Virus record (IMG/VR): IMGVR_UViG_3300003890_000025 | Span: 1 to 64,000 of that record | Reading direction: 5' to 3' (one strand) | DNA: 64,000 nucleotides | Source of the DNA: a virus | Shown: positions 50,191-58,266 of the stretch, piece after piece | How positions within the stretch are numbered: position 1 is the first letter of the stretch | Layout: the number at the start of each line of letters is the position of its first letter | Made by a program: the position numbers and the translations under genes | The notes under the pieces: generated by a model | Database searches by the model: none | What the model saw: the letters and a program-made list of their open reading frames with translations, nothing else | Told to the model about the DNA's origin: nothing

Positions 50191-50607
50191 ACTGAATGTA
50201 TCACTATCAAAATCTGGTAACAATGAGCCAGTAATACATTTAAAACTTAAAAACGAGGTTATAGATGGTATTACGCACAGATACTATACCATAACAGACG
50301 ACGGATTAGAATTAAGATTAAGACTGTCCACATTAAAGGGTATAGTAAAGTACGTTAAAGGTATCCTCACAAAGATGGGCAAGAACGAATGAAAGAGTTT
50401 CAGAATAGACAAATAGTCATCGTATTAGACGTACCTACAGGGAGCGGTAAGGTGGACATGTGGGCAGTCTATATAGGCCCTGCCTCAGGCACTAATAAAG
50501 GTAAGTTAAAAGTATGGTTATTAGGAGAAACAGAGTTCTACGCAGAACCCGATAAGGTACTAAGTAAAGAAGAACATAGGAAACTAGGAGGTAGGAGTGT
50601 TAAATAA
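50177..50607 (+). CDS. two small hypothetical ORFs (50177-50392, 50389-50607)
   Basis: ATGA coupling. Confidence 0.5.
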
Positions 50608-50657
50608 AATGTAAATACCTGTAAAAATTAAAATAACTAAACAGTAAGACGATACGA

Positions 50658-50686
50658 TTGTAAAGGAGTTATAAGTGTGTTATAAT
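50658..50686 (+). promoter_or_regulatory. sigma70 promoter
   Basis: TTGTAA-17-TATAAT with TG extension. Confidence 0.7.
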
Positions 50687-50692
50687 AAAAAC

Positions 50693-51005
50693 GTAGGTTT
50701 AATAGCCAAACTGTTAGCCTTAAAAACAGTGGCGCAGAACGAAACACTGCACGATGCGGCTAGGCTTAGTAAAAAGCGTAACGTGAAGGAGCCTCGTACC
50801 CCACCACGTAGGGATATGAACAGCCAATTAGACGCTCGTAAACATAGAGATGACGTTCTAGTCTGTGGTCGAATAGAGTTGCTTAGCTCCTTGCTTGGCT
50901 CAAAGCGCGTATTCGAATTTAAGGTAGGTCACTTGTTAGAATTAGTCTCGCTTAATAAGTCCAAGGTTCAATATGGTGCTAGTACGCGCCAAGGGTGGGG
51001 TGTAT
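50693..51005 (+). ncRNA. structured ncRNA or leader RNA candidate (~310 nt)
   Basis: GC-rich, own promoter, several hairpins and long-range pairings. Confidence 0.55.
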
Positions 51006-51006
51006 C

Positions 51007-51438
51007 ATGAGTTTTGATAAATGTGGTAAATCAATGTATAGGGTTAAGCTACGATCTGGTGAAGTATATTTAGTCGGTAGAGTTAAGGGTAGTAAAACGG
51101 TTGATGTCAGGGGGTTAGATCACATGTATTATGACTGGGATCTATATGATATAAAGACAAGTTTAGGTATTGATGAGCATAGTGATTTTAAGAAACCTAA
51201 TCCACCTTTAGCTAACAGTAATAGTGAACTTAATAAAGAAGACAACATAGAGAATAGGTTAAGTGAGATAAAGTCAAGTATTGAGAGATTTGAGAGGTGG
51301 CAGAAAAACCCTGAACTAGATATAAGAAGTGAAAAAGAATTATCAAGTTTTAATGAAGATAAAACCTACATTGTACTTTTTATATTTTTTGTATTATTAT
51401 TTATTGCTTGGCTTAGTTTAGTCATGTTATACTTATAA
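51007..51438 (+). CDS. hypothetical protein with C-terminal TM
   Basis: ATG at 51007. Confidence 0.55.
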   Translation: MSFDKCGKSMYRVKLRSGEVYLVGRVKGSKTVDVRGLDHMYYDWDLYDIKTSLGIDEHSDFKKPNPPLANSNSELNKEDNIENRLSEIKSSIERFERWQKNPELDIRSEKELSSFNEDKTYIVLFIFFVLLFIAWLSLVMLYL

Positions 51439-51449
51439 TAAGAGGAATT

Positions 51450-51650
51450 ATGAAACATAGGAAAGTAATAAAAAGGTATAGTGATAAGTGGTTAGACCAT
51501 AAGTCGTTTGTTGAAGAAGATGGTAAGTACGTATTACGTAGTGCTAGACAATTAATGACTAAGATCAGTAATGACAAAGAGAAAAATAATAAAACCTTAA
51601 CTATTGAAGAAAGGGAGAATTTAGAAAATGAAAACATCAGAAAAGATTGA
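51450..51650 (+). CDS. hypothetical protein
   Basis: GAGGA RBS. Confidence 0.5.
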   Translation: MKHRKVIKRYSDKWLDHKSFVEEDGKYVLRSARQLMTKISNDKEKNNKTLTIEERENLENENIRKD

Positions 51651-52227
51651 TATTTTACTTCCAGCTCTATTTAAAGCCAAAGGAGAATTAAGGGATTTGG
51701 TTAAGAGTTCTGATAATCCTTATTTCTCTAGTACCTATGCTGATCTAAACACTCATTTAGAAGGTACAGAACCTATTCTAAGGAATAATGGCTTTATAAT
51801 CCTACAACCAGTGGTTAGGGATGAAAGAGGCAGTTTTGTAGAGACTATACTTATGCACGCTAGTGGACAATATATATCCTCTCAAATGGATTTAGTATCC
51901 GCTAAAGGTAGCATGCAAGATTTAGGTAGTGCTGTTACATACGCTAGAAGGTATACTTTAGGCTCTATTCTAGCTCTAAGGGCAGTAGACGACGACGGTA
52001 ACGCAGCTACTGGACTAGACTTAAATAAAAAAGCAGTAAACAAAGATTTTAAAAAAGAAGTAAAAGAGACTAAGTCTAGTGAGCCCGTAAAAACACAAAC
52101 AGTTGTAACTAACGAAACAGCTACAAGCTCGACCAACACAATAAAAAGTAAACCGACTCCTTTTAGGAGACCTAACAGTAAGGCAGTACCTACTACTACT
52201 ACAAACGGTAGTGGGTGGGGATCTTAG
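51628..52227 (+). CDS. erf: ERF family ssDNA-annealing protein
   Basis: NPYF.S.YA.L, H.SG..I, QDLGSAVTYARRY.L....DDDGN. Confidence 0.9.
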   Translation: MKTSEKIDILLPALFKAKGELRDLVKSSDNPYFSSTYADLNTHLEGTEPILRNNGFIILQPVVRDERGSFVETILMHASGQYISSQMDLVSAKGSMQDLGSAVTYARRYTLGSILALRAVDDDGNAATGLDLNKKAVNKDFKKEVKETKSSEPVKTQTVVTNETATSSTNTIKSKPTPFRRPNSKAVPTTTTNGSGWGS

Positions 52228-52279
52228 TATTATAAACATTTAATAAAACTATAATCTAAATAATAGGAAGGTATTACAT

Positions 52280-52522
52280 ATGGCATATAAAAAAATTGGA
52301 TCAGTATTAAAAGGTAAAGAAGGTGGTTCTTATATTAAGATTGATGAGGATGTTAATCTTAAGAAGGGTACATTTATAAATGTATCAGACCCTAGAACAA
52401 AACCTGATACTCTACTAGAACTAGGTAAAATTTCAGAAGAAGTCTATCATAAAATGAAAGAAAAGGCAGATAAAATTCCAGAGTTTGTTTTATTTGAACT
52501 TTCTATAAAATCTGACGAATAG
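52280..52522 (+). CDS. hypothetical protein (possible small SSB)
   Basis: Follows erf; GGAAGGT RBS. Confidence 0.5.
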   Translation: MAYKKIGSVLKGKEGGSYIKIDEDVNLKKGTFINVSDPRTKPDTLLELGKISEEVYHKMKEKADKIPEFVLFELSIKSDE

Positions 52523-52553
52523 TATTGTAAGGCATTAATTATATTTAATATAT

Positions 52554-53561
52554 ATGCTTATACAGTCTATTTTCCTAGACACTTTAACTAGAGAAAGTAA
52601 AGAAGGTTATTTAGATTTAAGGTTTGGTAATCCTGGGTTCTTATTTAAATTTTGGGATATTTACAACGAATCTGTTAACCTTGTATCTAAGGGTAGTAAT
52701 ATGTCATATTTACCTACTCATTTAGAAGCAGAGTTAGAATCTAAAATACTAGAATTGCATAAAAAAACAGGTAATCTACCCACCCATAAGCCGTATGTAG
52801 TATTTGGTAACGGAGCTACACAGCTTATTCATGCTATATTCCTAGTAATGAGAGAATTAGGTATAACTAGAGTTAACTTCGAGCCGCCATACTATCCAAG
52901 ATTTATGTCATTAGCGGAACTTAGTGATCTCAAATACTCTAAAACAGCAACAAAGAATACCTGTGAACTAATTACTAGTCCTAATAACCCTGATTGTCAT
53001 TTAAGCTTACCCAAAGAAAATAAGCCTGATCATCATGTTATATATGACCTAACTTATAATTGGCCACATTATACTGAAACAGTACATAACTATGATAACT
53101 ATATATCAATATACTCATTAGGTAAGTTATCAGGGCACGCTAGTACTAGGATAGGGTGGGCACTGGTACCAGACCCTAAAATAGCTAGTAGAATAGCTTA
53201 TTACGTTGAAATACTGACTAATGGTACTAGTGCAGATGCTATAAAACATGCTATTAGTATAATAGATCATATAAACATTCATCATTCAGAATTTTTCCAA
53301 TTAGGTAAGTCTGAGCTGAATAAAAGATGGATAATAATTAATCAATTACTTAGTAAAAACAATTCTATTAAAATAGAATCCAATTCTGGTATGTTTTTAT
53401 ATGGTAAGTATTTAAATAGTCGTGATTATTGGGATGATAATAAGATACAGGTAGTTAATGGTGACATGCTTGGAGTGTCAAAAGATTACTTTAGAGTAAA
53501 TATAGGTGGTACTATAGAACAGTTTAATGAATTTATAAAAAGAGTGAAAGGATCTTTTTAG
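52554..53561 (+). CDS. PLP-dependent fold-type I aminotransferase, alliinase/TAA1-like
   Basis: GNGATQL, ELITSPNNPD, IYDLTYNWPHYT, SLGKLSGHASTRIGWALV (PLP lysine). Confidence 0.85.
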   Translation: MLIQSIFLDTLTRESKEGYLDLRFGNPGFLFKFWDIYNESVNLVSKGSNMSYLPTHLEAELESKILELHKKTGNLPTHKPYVVFGNGATQLIHAIFLVMRELGITRVNFEPPYYPRFMSLAELSDLKYSKTATKNTCELITSPNNPDCHLSLPKENKPDHHVIYDLTYNWPHYTETVHNYDNYISIYSLGKLSGHASTRIGWALVPDPKIASRIAYYVEILTNGTSADAIKHAISIIDHINIHHSEFFQLGKSELNKRWIIINQLLSKNNSIKIESNSGMFLYGKYLNSRDYWDDNKIQVVNGDMLGVSKDYFRVNIGGTIEQFNEFIKRVKGSF

Positions 53562-53668
53562 TATTTACAACTATAATTCAATAAGGTAGTATATTATTAG
53601 TTTAGTGATTTAAATTAATTATAAGTAAAATATAATAGTTTTAGATAAATAAAAATAAAAGAAAGGAA

Positions 53669-53989
53669 ATGAATATGGAAAAAACAAATAGTTTAATAGG
53701 AAAACCAGTAATAGTAAGAGCAAATGTGGCGGGGGTGCACGCAGGAATTTTAGATTCCCTAGATGGAACTGCTGCCACCTTAAAAAACGCATACCGTCTT
53801 TGGAGAGTATATACTCGCGACAAGTCTGGCTCTATTTCGGACGTAGCTGCTAACGGATTAAGGCCAGATGCACAACACTCTGTTGGTACCATGCTCGAAA
53901 CTGTAGTGATTGTTAATCCACCAGGATTAGAAATTGCACAAATGACACAAGATGCGTATGACGGTCTTAAGGATTGGGCTGGAAAATGA
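53669..53989 (+). CDS. DUF6948-like protein
   Basis: VIVRA..AGVHAG.L.......L.NA.RLW motif. Confidence 0.65.
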   Translation: MNMEKTNSLIGKPVIVRANVAGVHAGILDSLDGTAATLKNAYRLWRVYTRDKSGSISDVAANGLRPDAQHSVGTMLETVVIVNPPGLEIAQMTQDAYDGLKDWAGK

Positions 53990-54633
53990 CAATAATTGAC
54001 GGCTACGGCTCTGGCGATGGCTCTGGTTCTGGCTCTGGTTCTGGGTATGGTTATGGCTATGGCTCTGGCGATGGCGATGGCTCTGGTTCTGGCTCTGGTT
54101 CTGGCCACGGATCTGGCTATGGCGATGGCAATGGCAATGGCTTTGGCTATGGCTATGGATCTGGCGATGACTATGGCGATGGCTTCGGAAAAAAGAAAGA
54201 TTCGGTTGTAATCTATTTTAGGGACGGCTTAGAGTTAAAAATAGATGCCTTACCTCAAATATCAAAAACTAGAGACGGGCATATCGTAGAGCGATACACC
54301 ATTAACGGTATAGAGGGGTTTTTCGTAACAATTGCAGGAACACCATATTGCGCTCATGGCTCTACATTATCGCAAGCAATATCAGACGCTATCTGGAAAG
54401 ATGAGTCAAAAAGGCCGTCACTTGAATCGTTAAAACAAGAAATAATTTCATCTGGTAAAGATAGACTTATAACGCTAAAAGAGTTTCAATTATTAACTGG
54501 AGCGTGTACTGAAGGTTGTCGAATCGCCTTGAATAAAAAGGGTCTCAGTGGAAATCCGATGACAGCCAATGATATATATAAACACTTCCCCGAATGGGGG
54601 GAAAAACTTTTAAATATTCTTGGATGGAGATAA
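53986..54633 (+). CDS. protein with N-terminal (G-X)n glycine repeat
   Basis: ATGA coupling at 53986; AHG.TL..AI.D and LTGAC..G in the C-terminal domain. Confidence 0.7.
   Translation: MTIIDGYGSGDGSGSGSGSGYGYGYGSGDGDGSGSGSGSGHGSGYGDGNGNGFGYGYGSGDDYGDGFGKKKDSVVIYFRDGLELKIDALPQISKTRDGHIVERYTINGIEGFFVTIAGTPYCAHGSTLSQAISDAIWKDESKRPSLESLKQEIISSGKDRLITLKEFQLLTGACTEGCRIALNKKGLSGNPMTANDIYKHFPEWGEKLLNILGWR
53998..54189 (+). repeat. degenerate hexamer tandem repeat GGY-(TCT/TAT/GAT/AAT)
   Basis: Visible directly. Confidence 0.9.
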
Positions 54634-54829
54634 TAAAAATGGCTTGTAATGAACACTCTTGCGATGACTGTGGTTTCCGTGATTGGGATAATTTGATCTG
54701 GAAAGAATGTCCACAATGTGGAAGTAAAAATGTCGGTAACTTTTTTGACGAAGATGGATGGTGGCACCCATACGACGACGATGATGATGACGACGATGGT
54801 TGGAGGCGTGTTTGTTGATTAAGGAGAGG

Positions 54830-55558
54830 ATGAATGGCCTGGATTTATTTAGCGGAATCGGCGGACTTTCAATTGCCTTGTCTAAATGGGTTAAAACAGT
54901 TGCTTATTGTGAGCGAGACCGATATGCACAAGCGGTTCTTTTGTCCCGTATGCAAGACGGAGCACTTGATAGAGCGCCGATTTGGGATGACGTTCGAGCC
55001 TTGCGAGGCGAAACTTTGCCCACAATCGACATTATCTTCGGAGGGTTCCCATGCCAAGACATCAGCACTGCTGGTCGCGGAGCTGGCTTGGCAGGAGAGC
55101 AGAGCGGTCTTTTCTTTGAGCTGCTTCGTTTGGTCAAAGAGGTCAAGCCCAGTTTCGTCTTCTTGGAAAACGTCCCAGCCATTAGAACTAGAGGTCTTCT
55201 TACGATCGTCGATGAATTTACAAAAGTGGGGTATGACTGCCGGTGGACGTGTCTCACTGCCAAGAGCGTTGGAGCCCCCCACAGGAGAGAGAGGTGGTTC
55301 TTGTTGGCCTACTCCGTGTGCAAGGGATTGGAAGGATTCAGGGAGTTACGAGAAGTTATTGAAACGGAAGGAGAGGCACAGCGACTCACTACCGATGGCA
55401 GTAAGCAGAGCCGAAAAACGTGGTGGGAGAGTGAACCCAGTGTTTGTCGAGTGGTTAATGGGGTTCCTAACTGGGTGGACAGAATTAAATGCCTTGGTAA
55501 CGCAGTGGTACCACAGCAAGCAGAAGAAGCGTTTATAAAATTACTTAAATTACAATAA
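54830..55558 (+). CDS. C5 cytosine DNA methyltransferase, alpha chain
   Basis: LFSGIGG, GFPCQ, ENV, RERWF, GNAV; motif IX missing; AAGGAG RBS before ATG 54830. Confidence 0.9.
   Translation: MNGLDLFSGIGGLSIALSKWVKTVAYCERDRYAQAVLLSRMQDGALDRAPIWDDVRALRGETLPTIDIIFGGFPCQDISTAGRGAGLAGEQSGLFFELLRLVKEVKPSFVFLENVPAIRTRGLLTIVDEFTKVGYDCRWTCLTAKSVGAPHRRERWFLLAYSVCKGLEGFRELREVIETEGEAQRLTTDGSKQSRKTWWESEPSVCRVVNGVPNWVDRIKCLGNAVVPQQAEEAFIKLLKLQ
54834..55538 (+). CDS. +1-frame overlapping beta chain of the C5 methyltransferase
   Basis: Ends in motif-IX-like RVNPVFVEWLMGF..GWT; true start may be internal. Confidence 0.65.
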   Translation: MAWIYLAESADFQLPCLNGLKQLLIVSETDMHKRFFCPVCKTEHLIERRFGMTFEPCEAKLCPQSTLSSEGSHAKTSALLVAELAWQESRAVFSLSCFVWSKRSSPVSSSWKTSQPLELEVFLRSSMNLQKWGMTAGGRVSLPRALEPPTGERGGSCWPTPCARDWKDSGSYEKLLKRKERHSDSLPMAVSRAEKRGGRVNPVFVEWLMGFLTGWTELNALVTQWYHSKQKKRL

Positions 55559-55637
55559 TTATATTTATATAAATAATTAGGCATGGTATTATATAAATAT
55601 AACCGTTCAACTACAGCTATAAAAGAAAGGCTTCTAA

Positions 55638-56957
55638 ATGTCTTATAAAAGTAAGAAGATTATATTAGCGTTTATATTTATTATTGTTCTAGTTCTTTCT
55701 GTAGTAGTAGGCAGCCTTCCAACTAATCAATATGTATCAATAGCTTTACCTATACTTTTAGCATATCTTACGGTTTTTGCTATAAGACGTATGTTTTTTA
55801 TGATTGAGGCTTATGTAAATAAGAAAAAAGATAATAACATAATACCAGTTAAAGAAAGACCTAAAGTAGAAATAATAGTCCCATGCTATAACGAATCTAA
55901 AGTTATCATATCTACCTTAGAAAATCTATCTAACCTAAATTATAATAACTATTCCATTACCGTTGTAGATGATGGTAGTTCAGATGATACAGTTAATGTA
56001 GTAATTAGATTCTTAGAGCATTACAACAAACAACATTCTAAGTTGCCTAATATAACATTATTGACCAAGGAAAATGGTGGTAAAGCATCAGCCCTTAATT
56101 ATGGTATCGAAAACTCTAATAGTGAGTATGTATTGTGTGTTGATGCTGATTCTTGTTTACATAAGAATAGTATACAAGAGGGTTTAAAATACTTCAAATA
56201 CTCTAAGGTAGGAGCAGTGGCTGGCTTTGTGACAGTAGCTAATCAGAATAACCTATTAACCAAGTTACAAGAATATGAATACTTAGTAGGTCTAAACCTA
56301 GTCCGTAGAGCTATGTCTAATTACGGTATAGTGTCAGTCATACCTGGCCCAGTAGGACTGTTTAGAAGAGAAGTATTAAACTCTGTAGGTGGATTTAGGG
56401 CAGATAAGAATCTAATGGCAGAAGACGCTGAGTTATCCGTTCGTATTGTTGCCGCTGGTTGGAAAATAGCCAGTAGTGAGGGTATGATTTCTTATACTGA
56501 AGCCCCGTCAGACCCTAAATCCTTGATTAGACAAAGGTATAGGTGGAATAGAGGTATGATACAATCTGTTAACCTAAACTTAACAGACTCTCTAAAGAGT
56601 AAGTACCTTAGGTCTAAAATATTAATGTTAAACTTAGTATTCGAGGTATATATTGTATTACTAGTCAATATAGCTATGGTTTTAATGTTTATTACTCATT
56701 TTATTTTTCACAAGAATATACAATTTATAGACCTTTGGGTATTAGGTATATTGACTTCTGAGGCAATTACTGCTATATTTGTCTCAGTACAGTATAAACA
56801 ACCTCTTAAATGGATATCCCTTGCAATGTTTAGCCAATTCATTTATAATGGTATTATGATGTTCTGGCGCATGTTTAGTACAGCTGATGAGATCAGAAGC
56901 ACTAATGTATCTTGGGATAAACTAGAAAGGAAGGGTATTGTTAGTGGAAAAATTTAG
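55638..56957 (+). CDS. processive GT2 glycosyltransferase (PgaC/IcaA/cellulose synthase-like)
   Basis: DDGS, GGKA, DAD, AED, QRYRW; TM helices at both ends. Confidence 0.9.
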   Translation: MSYKSKKIILAFIFIIVLVLSVVVGSLPTNQYVSIALPILLAYLTVFAIRRMFFMIEAYVNKKKDNNIIPVKERPKVEIIVPCYNESKVIISTLENLSNLNYNNYSITVVDDGSSDDTVNVVIRFLEHYNKQHSKLPNITLLTKENGGKASALNYGIENSNSEYVLCVDADSCLHKNSIQEGLKYFKYSKVGAVAGFVTVANQNNLLTKLQEYEYLVGLNLVRRAMSNYGIVSVIPGPVGLFRREVLNSVGGFRADKNLMAEDAELSVRIVAAGWKIASSEGMISYTEAPSDPKSLIRQRYRWNRGMIQSVNLNLTDSLKSKYLRSKILMLNLVFEVYIVLLVNIAMVLMFITHFIFHKNIQFIDLWVLGILTSEAITAIFVSVQYKQPLKWISLAMFSQFIYNGIMMFWRMFSTADEIRSTNVSWDKLERKGIVSGKI

Positions 56958-57054
56958 TCAGGTCGTGTCGGTACTGTTTTTATTAACTATAGTGATTAAT
57001 TTTGGAGTAACAGTTGGTTTCTATATGATACATAAATCTAAGGGTAAAAAATGA
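56944..57054 (+). CDS. 36-aa single-TM protein (not in ORF track)
   Basis: GTG start, MEKFSQVVSVLFLLTIVINFGVTVGFYMIHKSKGKK; ATGA-coupled to the next gene. Confidence 0.55.
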   Translation: MEKFSQVVSVLFLLTIVINFGVTVGFYMIHKSKGKK

Positions 57055-57443
57055 ATAACTTTAATATTAAAAATATACTATTTAATACAGTTTTATGTAG
57101 TTTTAGTAGTAAAAACATAATACTTATACTAATAACCTTTTTATTCTGGACACATAAGTCTAACGCTACTGCTAATCTGTCCCTTAATTATAAATTAATA
57201 AATAGTAATCTAAATATACCCAATAGACCTGTATTAGGGCTTTATGTGTTTGAGCCTATTAAAGATAAGTTATACTATCAATCCTGGTCTGGATATAATT
57301 TTTATAATTGGGGTGGTAGTGATCATAGCGTAATGTATTCTATAAATAAAAGACTAAGACTTGGTACTGGCCCGTCCTATGAGTATAATAACTCTAATCA
57401 TAATATATCTTTAAAGGTATATGGTGAGTTCACTTTATGGTAA
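57051..57443 (+). CDS. exported beta-strand protein, possible small outer-membrane beta-barrel
   Basis: Signal-like segment, alternating aromatic strands, C-terminal Trp. Confidence 0.5.
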   Translation: MNNFNIKNILFNTVLCSFSSKNIILILITFLFWTHKSNATANLSLNYKLINSNLNIPNRPVLGLYVFEPIKDKLYYQSWSGYNFYNWGGSDHSVMYSINKRLRLGTGPSYEYNNSNHNISLKVYGEFTLW

Positions 57444-57466
57444 ATATGAAACTGTAGTAGGTATGT

Positions 57467-57691
57467 ATGAAGTTGGAAGATATCAAAGAACAAGTTAAAG
57501 ACAATAGACAGGCTACGTTTGAATATTACTCTGATGGAGCTTTGTGGTATAAGTTAGAGAATGGGTTTGTATTCCCAGTACCTATATCTGATACTGGGAC
57601 TGGAATGTTTCTAAACAAAGACAAGGCTATATTATTTATGAGGTGGATTAGAAAGCATATACTAGCACTAGAGCATGGAAGAAAATCGTGA
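57467..57691 (+). CDS. hypothetical protein
   Basis: GTGA-coupled to the sigma gene. Confidence 0.6.
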   Translation: MKLEDIKEQVKDNRQATFEYYSDGALWYKLENGFVFPVPISDTGTGMFLNKDKAILFMRWIRKHILALEHGRKS

Positions 57692-58164
57692 AATACCAAG
57701 ACTATAAAACTATAGCCCTGACAGTTATTAAAAGAAATGGGTTATATAACTTTACAGATACCGATATACATGATATGGCTACTTGTATGTGGGAATCCCA
57801 CGAAAGATACCTAGATAGTATTAATGGGCATGATAGAGAGCTTTCTGACGAAGAGTCTTTGAAACTAAAAAGAATTCTATATATAAGGGCTAAAGGTGCT
57901 GCTATTGATATACTTAGATTTAAAACCTTTAGAACTAAAAATAATAATTTAGGTATAAGGATAAACGATGAGATTTTAGGTAATGAGGAATATGTTAGCT
58001 ATAACCCAGCTAATATAATTCATAATTACATCGATCTGAAATATCATCCTAAATTCTATTTAGTCAATAAGTATATTCAAGGTAGAAATTACCGCGAGCT
58101 AGGCGAAGAATTAAATATTACAGAGTCTGGTATATCTAGGGCTTTCGATAGGATTAAAGTATGA
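57688..58164 (+). CDS. sigma70-family (FliA/ECF-like) sigma factor
   Basis: Region 2 IRAKGAAIDILR; region 4 HTH YRELGEELNITESGISR. Confidence 0.7.
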   Translation: MKYQDYKTIALTVIKRNGLYNFTDTDIHDMATCMWESHERYLDSINGHDRELSDEESLKLKRILYIRAKGAAIDILRFKTFRTKNNNLGIRINDEILGNEEYVSYNPANIIHNYIDLKYHPKFYLVNKYIQGRNYRELGEELNITESGISRAFDRIKV

Positions 58165-58266
58165 ACCATAAGATAGATACATAACCACTAGGAAGCCTAA
58201 TGAGTATCAACTATAACTATCATAGCGTTAGTTTATATTTTAATAAAGGAGCTTTAAAGTAAGCTT

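Noticed and set aside
50900-50975. tRNA genes suggested by TTCGAAT / GTTCAAT
   Set aside because: No cloverleaf or acceptor stem could be built around them.
50675-51010. 111-aa ORF as a real protein
   Set aside because: It starts inside the promoter, has atypical composition, and is better explained as structured RNA.
53641-54211. MARTRART... and MAMALA... ORFs
   Set aside because: Alternative-frame readings of the Gly hexamer repeat.
54869-55584. Minus-strand ORFs over the C5 methylase
   Set aside because: No motifs; explained by higher GC and dual coding on the plus strand.
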